Of a stretch of DNA of 64,000 nt, positions 56,731 to 64,000 are shown one piece after another. Made by a program: the position numbers and the translations under genes. The notes under the pieces were generated by a model. It was not told the DNA's origin. It searched no databases and saw nothing but the letters and a program-made list of their open reading frames with translations. This DNA is from an uncultured Gaiellales bacterium (GTDB taxonomy: Bacteria; Actinomycetota; Thermoleophilia; RBG-16-64-13). Location of the stretch: NCBI GenBank assembly GCA_964497095.1, contig CAZCCL010000001.1:348-64347 (forward strand), given 5' to 3'. Position 1 is the stretch's first letter. Each line of letters opens with the position of its first letter.

Positions 56731-57209
56731 GTCCCACCGGACCCGCGGGCGACCCTCGAGCGCCGTACGCCCGGGTCGCCGTGGTCGGCCTGGTTTCTCG
56801 TCACGACGAGCGTTCAGGCGACGACAGATGGCTCCTCGTCCATCGCGAACAGCCCGCGGACGCCTGGGACCCGCCCGGGGGTCGGATGGAGAAAGACGAA
56901 GACCTTGCGGCGGCTGTGATTCGGGAGGTCGCCGAAGAGACCGGGCTGCAGATCGAGGTGGGCGGCCCGTGCTACGCACTCTTGACCGTATACAAGGGCG
57001 AGCGTCTTCTAGCCGTGAGCATGGCCTGCCGCCCGGCGAGCCACCCCGACCATCTGCACCTCGACCCTGAGGCGGCGAGCGAGTGGCACTGGGTCTCATC
57101 CGAGGAGTGGGAGCGGCTGGCAGGCCTCGGCGGGAGCAGTTGGTCTGTCGACGACGTAAGGAGAGCGACCCGGATGGCCAGGGTCTTGTGGCAAACGGAG
57201 GAGCGGTGA
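56727..57209 (+). CDS. NUDIX hydrolase
   Basis: Nudix box [27 protein letters not shown] overlaps the ltaE stop (ATGA). Confidence 0.7.
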   Translation: MSPTGPAGDPRAPYARVAVVGLVSRHDERSGDDRWLLVHREQPADAWDPPGGRMEKDEDLAAAVIREVAEETGLQIEVGGPCYALLTVYKGERLLAVSMACRPASHPDHLHLDPEAASEWHWVSSEEWERLAGLGGSSWSVDDVRRATRMARVLWQTEER

Positions 57210-57760
57210 ACAGGGACGACGCGCTACGGATCGTGCAGACTCGTGTCGAAAACGAGAACCTGGTCAAGCACATGCTGGCCGCCGAGGCGATAATGGGGGC
57301 ACTGGCGCGGCGACTGGGGGAGGACGAGGGATCGTGGCGGCTGGCCGGACTGCTCCACGACCTGGATGCCGAAATGACCGCCGATACCATGGAAATGCAC
57401 GGGGTCCTGACCGTCCAGTGGCTGCGGGAGGAGGGGCTGGACGACGAGGCCGTCCTGCACGCGATCGCCGCTCACAACTCCGCGAACGGCTCGAGCGTGG
57501 AGAGCCGGATGGACAGGGCGCTTTTCGCCGGCGACCCCTTGACCGGCCTGGTGACGGCGGCAGCCCTGATCAGACCGGAGAAACGGCTCGAGGCGGTGGA
57601 GTTGAAGAGCCTCAAGAAGCGATTCAAGGAGCCCTCGTTCGCCAAGGGGGCCCGCAGGGAGGACATGATGACCTGTACGGAACTCGGCATCGACCTCGAG
57701 GAATTCCTGGCGATAGGACTGGAGGCCATGAAGGAGATAAGCGATGACCTCGGACTCTGA
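57206..57760 (+). CDS. HD-domain phosphohydrolase
   Basis: …KHMLAAEAIMGALARRLGEDEGSWRLAGLLHDLD… H…HD motif. GTG overlaps the NUDIX stop (GTGA). Confidence 0.6.
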   Translation: MNRDDALRIVQTRVENENLVKHMLAAEAIMGALARRLGEDEGSWRLAGLLHDLDAEMTADTMEMHGVLTVQWLREEGLDDEAVLHAIAAHNSANGSSVESRMDRALFAGDPLTGLVTAAALIRPEKRLEAVELKSLKKRFKEPSFAKGARREDMMTCTELGIDLEEFLAIGLEAMKEISDDLGL

Positions 57761-58124
57761 GACGAGCCTTCCTGTTCTTCTGACCACGGTCTTCGATCCC
57801 CTGGAGGCCGAGATCATCGTGGGCAAGTTGCGCAGCGCCGGGATCGAAGCCATGGTCCGCCATGAGGCGCTGTCGGTGGTGTACGGCTTGACCGTGGACG
57901 GTTGCGGCCAGCAGGATATCCTGGTGCGCCCCTCCGACCTCGAAGTGGCCCGAGCGGCCCTCGAGCCGGCGGTCGAGGGCTCGGAGGGCGTGGGTTCCCT
58001 AGAGGAGCTCGCGGGTGATGACTCGAGCGCGCCGGACGAGATGGGCGCGCCCGCAGGTGCCGACCGGTCCGCGGCTGCCGAGCCGCCCGCAGGTGCCGAG
58101 CCGCCCGAGGAGGCGAGACGATGA
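57744..58124 (+). CDS. DUF2007-like small protein (putative signal-transducing domain) with acidic Ala/Pro-rich tail
   Basis: N-terminal roughly 70 aa resemble DUF2007 (…LEAEIIVGKLRSAGIEAMV…). Overlapping start and stop contexts on both sides. Confidence 0.45.
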   Translation: MTSDSETSLPVLLTTVFDPLEAEIIVGKLRSAGIEAMVRHEALSVVYGLTVDGCGQQDILVRPSDLEVARAALEPAVEGSEGVGSLEELAGDDSSAPDEMGAPAGADRSAAAEPPAGAEPPEEARR

Positions 58125-59077
58125 AGTCGGTGCTGGGCGTGGATGTCGGGGGGACGAAGGTCGCTGTGGGTCCCGTGGACCGGACCGGCAGGCAGTTGGC
58201 CCGGCCGCTCATCGAGTCCAGTCAGGCGGTAGGGACGGCGGCCTTCATCGGCGGTCTGGAGGCCACGTTGCGCAAGGCGATGGCGGATTTCTCGAAGTTC
58301 GAACCGGAAGCGGTGGGCTTGGCCTGCGCCGGGACCGTGGACGGCGCCGAGGGCCTCGTATACTCCTCCCCCAACCTCCCGCTCAAAGAAGTGCCTCTGG
58401 CCGGGATACTCCAGAGAGCTCTGGGGATTCCCGTGGTTCTCGAGAACGACGCCAATGCGGCCGTCCTGGGAGAGGCGGTAGCGGGCGCCGCCGCCGGGTT
58501 GCGGCATGTAGTCATGCTGACTCTAGGCACTGGGGTGGGTGGTGGCCTCTTCTTGAACGGCCGCCTCTACCGGGGCGCGAGCGGCGGGGCCGGCGAGCTA
58601 GGGCACGTCATCGTCCAGGCCGATGGCCTGCCCTGCCGATGTGGTAACAACGGTTGCCTGGAGATGTACGCCTCCGGGATGGCGTTGGGGCGGTTCGCGG
58701 AGGTCCGGGCCGGAGATGAGAGAACGGATCCCACGGGCGCCCTAAGCAGACTACGAAAACAGGGTCGGCTGACCGGGCGTGAGGTGAGTCGTCTCGCGCG
58801 TGAGGGAGACACGGGAGCGCTGGGTGTGGTGCAGGAGTTGGCCGGATGGTTGGGTATCGGTCTTGTGAACATCACCCATGTCTTCGACCCGGAGATGATC
58901 GTGGTCGGCGGAGGGGTGGGAGAACTGGGCGAGTTGCTCATAGGCCCGGCCCGGGCATTCGTGCAGGAGCATGCCATGCCTCCGGCGCGGGATCGCGTTC
59001 GCGTGGCCCCGGCCAAGCTGGGGAACAAGGCCGGTCTCGTCGGTGGCGGGCTGGCCGCCTGGGAGGCTTTCGGGTGA
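58121..59077 (+). CDS. glcK: ROK family glucokinase
   Basis: …LGVDVGGTKVAVG… ATP site and ROK zinc motif CRCGNNGCLE. Confidence 0.8.
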   Translation: MKSVLGVDVGGTKVAVGPVDRTGRQLARPLIESSQAVGTAAFIGGLEATLRKAMADFSKFEPEAVGLACAGTVDGAEGLVYSSPNLPLKEVPLAGILQRALGIPVVLENDANAAVLGEAVAGAAAGLRHVVMLTLGTGVGGGLFLNGRLYRGASGGAGELGHVIVQADGLPCRCGNNGCLEMYASGMALGRFAEVRAGDERTDPTGALSRLRKQGRLTGREVSRLAREGDTGALGVVQELAGWLGIGLVNITHVFDPEMIVVGGGVGELGELLIGPARAFVQEHAMPPARDRVRVAPAKLGNKAGLVGGGLAAWEAFG

Positions 59078-59080
59078 GGG

Positions 59081-59971
59081 ATGCTGTACATCTGCCCGAC
59101 ACCCATCGGTAACCTCGGGGACGTCACTCTGCGCGTCCTGGAGACTCTGGGGCGGGCAGATCTGATCGCCTGCGAGGACACCAGGCGCACCAGGGTCCTA
59201 CTCGCCCACCACGAGGTCGACGCCGGGCGGCTAATGAGTTTCCACGATCACAACGAGGAGCAGAGACTTCAAATGCTGCTCGCGCCCCTCCGCGAGGGCA
59301 AAGATGTGGCCCTCGTCTCGGATGCGGGAATGCCGGGGCTCTCGGACCCCGGCTTCAGCCTGGTGCGGGCATGTGCCGCGGAAGGCATCCCGGTGACGGT
59401 GCTCCCGGGCGCTTCGGCCGTCTCGACGGCGCTGGTCCTCTCGGCCGTGCCCGCCGACCGCTTCGCCTTCGTCGGTTTTCTCGCTCGGGGTAAGCACAAG
59501 CTGCAGGCCCAGTTGGAGCTCTTCGAGGGGACGGGGGCCGCTCTGGTGGCCTTCGAGTCACCTCGGCGGATCCGGACCTCTCTCGCGACCATCGCCGAAC
59601 GCTGGCCCCAACGCCGCCTCGCTGTGTGCCGAGAGCTGACGAAGCTGCACGAGGAGGTCGTCCGGGGGACGGCCGCGGAAGTGCTCTGCCGGCTCGGGGA
59701 TCCCGTGCGGGGCGAGATCGTCGTGGTCTTGGAGGCTCATGGCGAGACCAGGAGGGAAAGGCCGATCGCCGGCGGGCAAGGCGCACGCGGTACGGGCACC
59801 GGCTTGAGCGGTGGGAGAGACTTGGAGGAGCGGGCTGAAGAAGCCCTCGCCCAGTTGATGGACTCGGGAGTGGGTACCAAGTCGGCGGCCCGGATCACGG
59901 CCGATCTGACCGGACTCTCGACTCGGAAGGCATACGCTCTGGCGCTGAAGGCCAAGGAGCGGGACCGGTGA
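59081..59971 (+). CDS. rsmI: 16S rRNA (cytidine1402-2'-O)-methyltransferase
   Basis: MLYICPTPIGNLGDVTLRVLETL…DAGMPGLSDPG… tetrapyrrole-methylase fold typical of RsmI. Confidence 0.85.
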   Translation: MLYICPTPIGNLGDVTLRVLETLGRADLIACEDTRRTRVLLAHHEVDAGRLMSFHDHNEEQRLQMLLAPLREGKDVALVSDAGMPGLSDPGFSLVRACAAEGIPVTVLPGASAVSTALVLSAVPADRFAFVGFLARGKHKLQAQLELFEGTGAALVAFESPRRIRTSLATIAERWPQRRLAVCRELTKLHEEVVRGTAAEVLCRLGDPVRGEIVVVLEAHGETRRERPIAGGQGARGTGTGLSGGRDLEERAEEALAQLMDSGVGTKSAARITADLTGLSTRKAYALALKAKERDR

Positions 59972-60077
59972 TAGGCACTGCAGGCGGTCCACTCTGCCAC
60001 CCCGGCTGAGGCGGGCATGGCCGCTCCCGGCCGGGCCGCCCCGGGCCTGGGCCGCGAGCGGTGGCCTACAGACCATC

Positions 60078-60086
60078 TGTTAGAAT
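60078..60086 (+). promoter_or_regulatory. Extended -10 element TGtTAGAAT 9 nt upstream of the metG ATG (leaderless-type)
   Basis: AT-rich motif read from the sequence, same TAGAAT hexamer as at dnaE and the M23 gene. Confidence 0.3.
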
Positions 60087-60095
60087 AGCGCGGCC

Positions 60096-61712
60096 ATGGG
60101 CCGCTTCTACATCACCACTCCCATCTACTATGTCAACGACGTGCCTCATATCGGGCACGCCTACACCACTACGGCGGCCGATGTGGCGGTCCGTTTCCAC
60201 AGACAGATCGGAGACGACGTCTATTTTCTCACCGGCACCGATGAGCACGGCAGCAAGATCGAGCAGGCCGCTCTCGCCCGGGGCGTGACTCCCAAGCAGC
60301 ACGCCGACGAGATCGTGGTCAAGTTCCGCGAGGTCGCTCAGAAGGTGGATGCCAGCATCGACTTCCTGGTGCGGACCACCGACCCGGAGCACGAGAGGTT
60401 CGTGCAAGACTTTGTCCAACGCTGCTACGACAACGGCGATATCTACACCAGCTCCTATGCCGGTCTCTATTGCTCGGCCTGCGAGGCCTACTACACCGAA
60501 GAGAACCTGGTGGACGGGCTTTGCCCGGACCACGGCACGGCTCCGGTGCGGATGGAGGAGCAGAACTACTTCTTTCGCCTCTCCGACTATCAGGGCCGGC
60601 TGATCGAGCACTACAGGCGGCGTCCCGATTGGATTCGTCCCCGGCACCGCTACAACGAGGCCCTCTCCTTCATCGAGCAAGGCCTGGAAGACATCTCCAT
60701 CTCTCGAGCGACGCTCAAGTGGGGGATCACCGTCCCTTGGGACTCCTCGCAGGTGATCTATGTGTGGATCGACGCGCTCATCAGCTACATGAGTGCTCTG
60801 TATTTCGCTCCCGGTCAAGATCTTGTCTCCCGCTTCTGGCCGGCGACGTACCACCTGATGGCCCAGGACATCCTCAAGTTTCACGCGATCATCTGGCCGG
60901 CCCTGCTGATGTCGGCCGGATACGAACTGCCGGAACATCTGTTCATACATGGATACTTGAAGCTGGGCGGCGAGAAGATGTCGAAGACCCGGGGCAACGT
61001 CATGGATCCCTTCCCGCTCATCGAGAAGTACGGGGCCGACCCGTTCCGGTTCTACTGCCTGCGTGAGGTAAGCTTCGGTCAGGACGGGATGGTGAGCGAG
61101 GAGGGCTTCAAAGCCCGCTACAACGCGGAGCTGGCCAACGAGCTGGGCAACCTGGTGTCGCGGACTACTTCGATGATCGGCAAATACCGGGGCGGCGCCG
61201 TTCCGGCGCCGCCCCCCGGCCGCACCCCGACCGATTCGCCGCTGGCCGCCGAGGCGGTGGCGACCGCCAAGACGGCGCGGATCCAACTGGAGGAGATGGA
61301 CCTGAGCGCCGCCTTGGACACCATCTGGGGCTTCGTGCGCCGGCTCAACCGCTACGTGGAAGAACAGGCGCCTTGGAAGCTGGCCAAGGAGGCTGGCGCC
61401 CAGTCCAGCGGTGGGGCCGGAGACGCCGGGGCGGCAGGGCGAGGGGCCCCCGAGCCTGCGCAGCCCGCCTCCGGTGCAGCTGCCGAGCTTGACGCCACTC
61501 TCTGGGATCTGGCGGAGGGCCTCCGTCTGCTCACCGTTCTCCTCTATCCGTTCATCCCGGAGACCGCGCTGGCCATCCGGGGGCGGCTCGGGCTACAGCC
61601 GGACCTTGTGTCCGCTCGAGCACCCGGATGGGGCGAGGCCCGCTGGGGCCTGCTGCCCGAAACGGCGGCCGTGATCGGCGGCGCCCCTCTGTTCCCCCGC
61701 ATCGAGGACTGA
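60096..61712 (+). CDS. metG: Methionyl-tRNA synthetase (short form, no C-terminal dimerisation domain)
   Basis: HIGH motif (PHIGHAYTT), KMSKS (KMSKTRGN), Zn-knuckle-like CPDHG. Low-complexity Gly/Ala insertion at 61381-61490. Confidence 0.9.
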   Translation: MGRFYITTPIYYVNDVPHIGHAYTTTAADVAVRFHRQIGDDVYFLTGTDEHGSKIEQAALARGVTPKQHADEIVVKFREVAQKVDASIDFLVRTTDPEHERFVQDFVQRCYDNGDIYTSSYAGLYCSACEAYYTEENLVDGLCPDHGTAPVRMEEQNYFFRLSDYQGRLIEHYRRRPDWIRPRHRYNEALSFIEQGLEDISISRATLKWGITVPWDSSQVIYVWIDALISYMSALYFAPGQDLVSRFWPATYHLMAQDILKFHAIIWPALLMSAGYELPEHLFIHGYLKLGGEKMSKTRGNVMDPFPLIEKYGADPFRFYCLREVSFGQDGMVSEEGFKARYNAELANELGNLVSRTTSMIGKYRGGAVPAPPPGRTPTDSPLAAEAVATAKTARIQLEEMDLSAALDTIWGFVRRLNRYVEEQAPWKLAKEAGAQSSGGAGDAGAAGRGAPEPAQPASGAAAELDATLWDLAEGLRLLTVLLYPFIPETALAIRGRLGLQPDLVSARAPGWGEARWGLLPETAAVIGGAPLFPRIED

Positions 61713-61770
61713 TCGGGTCGGGGTCGTCCCACCGAACAGGCTACTTCACCGGGGCAGCACGGCCGCGATC

Positions 61771-62550
61771 ATGCTCATCGACTCCCACACCCACCTCGAT
61801 CACTGCCGGGAGGATGCCGCCGACCTCATCGCCGACGCCCGCCAGGCCGGGGTGGGTCTCATCATCCAAGCGGGAATCGACCTGACCCGATCCCGCTGGT
61901 CGGTCGAGCTGGCCGAGCAGAACCCGGGAGTCTTCGCTACGGTCGGTTTCCACCCGCACGAGGCGGGCCACGCCACGGATGAGCAGATCGCCGCCATCGA
62001 ACAACTGACGGCACATCCTCGCGTGGTCGCGGTGGGGGAGACCGGCTTTGACTTCTTTCACGACTTCTGGCCGCATGACATCCAGGAAGACGTGTTCGTG
62101 CGTCATATCGAACTGGCCAGACGAGCCGGCCTCCCGGTGGTGATCCACACGCGGGAGGCGGCTGAACCCACTCTTTCGGTGCTGGCCGAGCATGCCTTAG
62201 GGATGAACGTGGTGCTCCACTGCTTCTCGCTACCCGAACATCTGGACGCGGTGGTCGAACGGGGGTACTACGTCAGCTTCGCGGGCAACGTGACCTACAA
62301 GAACGCGGTCGATCTGCAGGCCGCCGCCGCCGCGGTCCCCGCTGACCTCATCCTGCTGGAGACGGACGCCCCCTGGCTCACCCCGGTGCCTGTGCGGGGC
62401 CGTCCCAACCGCCCGGCGCTGGTGGCGAAGACCTACGAGTTCGTGGCCGACCTACGGGGGGTCACGGCGGATGAGCTCGCGACGCAGATCGAGTCGAACG
62501 TACGCGCGGCGTTTCCGCGGCTGGCGGTACCGCTTGGGGGCCTTGAGTGA
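61771..62550 (+). CDS. tatD: TatD-family metal-dependent hydrolase
   Basis: MLIDSHTHLD…VAVGETGFDF…HCFS…ETDAPWL TatD motifs. Confidence 0.85.
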   Translation: MLIDSHTHLDHCREDAADLIADARQAGVGLIIQAGIDLTRSRWSVELAEQNPGVFATVGFHPHEAGHATDEQIAAIEQLTAHPRVVAVGETGFDFFHDFWPHDIQEDVFVRHIELARRAGLPVVIHTREAAEPTLSVLAEHALGMNVVLHCFSLPEHLDAVVERGYYVSFAGNVTYKNAVDLQAAAAAVPADLILLETDAPWLTPVPVRGRPNRPALVAKTYEFVADLRGVTADELATQIESNVRAAFPRLAVPLGGLE

Positions 62551-63476
62551 CCGCGCGTGATCCCGCCCGAGGAAAGACTCCCCGGAGGGAGCACGGCGCG
62601 GGCGGCGCGGGCGCAGGCGGCGTCGGCGATGACCCGAGGCCGTCTTCCGGCCTGCGTCAGATCTCGCTTGCCCGGCTGGCGGAGTTCGGGGTCACGCCCA
62701 AGAGGGATCTGGGACAGAACTTCCTCATCGACGACAATATCCTGGGGGTGATCCTCGGCTATCTGGGATGTGGTGCCGAGGACGTGGTCCTTGAGGTCGG
62801 TGCCGGGTTGGGGGTGCTCACCAGCGCGCTGGCCGGGGTTGCCAAGCATGTGCACGCGTTCGAGGTGGACAGAAGTCTGGAAGCGCCCCTCACCGCGACC
62901 CTGCAGGGCGATCCCAAAGTGAGCCTCCACTTCGAGGATGTGCTGAAGGCTCCTCTCGACGACTTGGCACCGTCTCCCAGCCTGTGCGCGAGTAATCTCC
63001 CGTATTCGGTGGCCGGCCCTTTCGTCATCGAGTCGCTCCAGCGACTGCCCGACGTGCGCCGCTACTGCCTCATGGTCCAGCGCGAGGTGGCCGAGCGCAT
63101 GGCCGCGGTACCCGGGACCAAGGCCTACGGCGTGCTTTCCGTATGGGTACAGCTCTACGCCCGGATCGTCCGTGTGAGGCCGCTGGCGCGGTCTATCTTC
63201 TATCCGCAGCCCCACGTGGACTCGAGCCTGGTGGTGCTCGACCGACTCCCCCGCGAGGAACTGCCGCGCACCGACCCGGAGGATCTGCGGGCGGTGGTCC
63301 AGGCGGCCTTCGGACAGCGGAGGAAGATCTTGGTCAACGCGCTGAGCGGGGGATTGGGCGTGCCCCGGGATTACGCGCTGCAAGCCGTCAGGAAGCTCGA
63401 CCTGCCCGAGGGTGTGCGCGCGGAGCGCCTGGCGCCGGGGCAGTTCGTTCTGTTGGCCGGAGAGCTCTTCCCTTAG
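62547..63476 (+). CDS. rsmA: 16S rRNA (adenine1518/1519-N6)-dimethyltransferase
   Basis: …LGQNFLIDDNIL… SAM site …LEVGAGLGVLT… …NLPYSV… The first about 50 aa are low-complexity, so the real start may be later. GTG overlaps the tatD stop. Confidence 0.85.
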   Translation: MTARDPARGKTPRREHGAGGAGAGGVGDDPRPSSGLRQISLARLAEFGVTPKRDLGQNFLIDDNILGVILGYLGCGAEDVVLEVGAGLGVLTSALAGVAKHVHAFEVDRSLEAPLTATLQGDPKVSLHFEDVLKAPLDDLAPSPSLCASNLPYSVAGPFVIESLQRLPDVRRYCLMVQREVAERMAAVPGTKAYGVLSVWVQLYARIVRVRPLARSIFYPQPHVDSSLVVLDRLPREELPRTDPEDLRAVVQAAFGQRRKILVNALSGGLGVPRDYALQAVRKLDLPEGVRAERLAPGQFVLLAGELFP

Positions 63477-63546
63477 CCGGAGCCGCGCTCGGCCTCGGCG
63501 GAGGCGGTTCGTCCGGACTCGTCTTCGGCCGGTGCCCGGCAGGCGG

Positions 63547-63930
63547 TCAGACGGAGTACGGTACCAACACGAAGGGGAATCTGTCGGGCCCCAGGTGGCG
63601 AGTGTCACGAGTCACGAGCCTGAGGCGGTGCTGAACCGCTAAAGCTACCTGGAACGCGTCGGGCAATCTGAGTCCATGCTCGCGTCTGAGCCGCGCGGCG
63701 CCGTCGGCAGTGTCCGAATCGATGCGTAGAATGGGGAAGAAGTCGACCAGCCGTTTCGGTAAGTCGATGTCTTCTGCGTCAAACCCTGCGAGGACCTCCG
63801 CTCGGGTGATGACCGAGATAGAGATCCTGTTGCGGTTGCTGCGCAGGAACTGGGTGGCCTGAGGAAGCCCGGCGAGGTGATCGATGAGAATGACCGAGTC
63901 GATGAGGAGGGTCAAGCCCCGGACTCCCAT
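63547..63930 (-). CDS. vapC: PIN-domain toxin, VapC family (type II TA)
   Basis: 127 aa. LLIDSVILID… N-terminal PIN Asp, …VITRAEVL…, C-terminal …LVTRDTRHL… PIN acidic residues. Confidence 0.7.
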   Translation of the reverse strand: MGVRGLTLLIDSVILIDHLAGLPQATQFLRSNRNRISISVITRAEVLAGFDAEDIDLPKRLVDFFPILRIDSDTADGAARLRREHGLRLPDAFQVALAVQHRLRLVTRDTRHLGPDRFPFVLVPYSV

Positions 63931-63937
63931 TCGTCTC

Positions 63938-64000
63938 TCAGGCGCTGCTGGTAGTGGAGACCATCAGCGCCGGGCCACATCCCTCGAGTCCTTTCGAGCA
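63938..64000 (-). CDS. 3' end of a truncated ORF immediately upstream of vapC (possible cognate antitoxin; 5' part outside window)
   Basis: Open frame from the window edge ending …PALMVSTTSSA* with stop at 63938-63940, 8 nt before the vapC ATG. Confidence 0.2.
   Translation of the reverse strand, partial: CSKGLEGCGPALMVSTTSSA

Overview
This is a 64-kb window of a high-GC (about 68%) chromosome, densely coding on both strands, with Shine-Dalgarno-type RBSs (GGAGG), frequent GTG/TTG starts and many overlapping stop/start junctions. Putative -10 boxes sit only about 9-10 nt before several start codons, suggesting leaderless or near-leaderless transcripts. Gene content fits an anaerobe-leaning, Gram-positive-like or Chloroflexi-like organism. 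All calls come from reading the ORF translations and the DNA by eye; no searches were run.

Mostly housekeeping genes:
- feoAB, a citramalate-pathway pair (class IV aminotransferase plus CimA-type synthase), dnaE, a hisDBHAF block, gdhA and ftsZ.
- nfo, pgi, dinB, a sugar-phosphate and aldolase cluster, rsmI, metG, tatD and rsmA.

Accessory and regulatory items:
- A nur-cbiMNQO Ni/Co ECF-transporter operon with a textbook Nur box.
- An rsbV-rsbW pair behind a sigma-B/F-type promoter but with no sigma-factor gene.
- A two-component system, a vapC toxin and a LexA box on dinB.

The most interesting region is 25.2-34.6 kb.
- selD starts 57 nt upstream of the called ORF and reads through an in-frame UGA at the conserved Cys17 position; a hairpin begins 13 nt after the UGA.
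- A GNAT-like protein fused to a C-terminal rhodanese carries an in-frame TGA inside the rhodanese active-site loop. The same frame continues cleanly through the rest of the domain, and a hairpin sits at the same 13-nt offset as in selD. This is a candidate new selenoprotein, with a nonsense-mutation pseudogene as the alternative. It is translationally coupled to an O-methyltransferase.
- A roughly 39-nt motif (GGCGAAAGGTCATTCTGAAACGAGYTCTRAGG) recurs about 30 nt upstream of the RBS of both selD and a distant cytoplasmic molybdopterin oxidoreductase. A third, inverted partial copy lies about 100 nt upstream of the selD copy. This points to a shared cis-element, a small repeat or an RNA structure.

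No rRNA, tRNA, CRISPR array or transposase was recognised.
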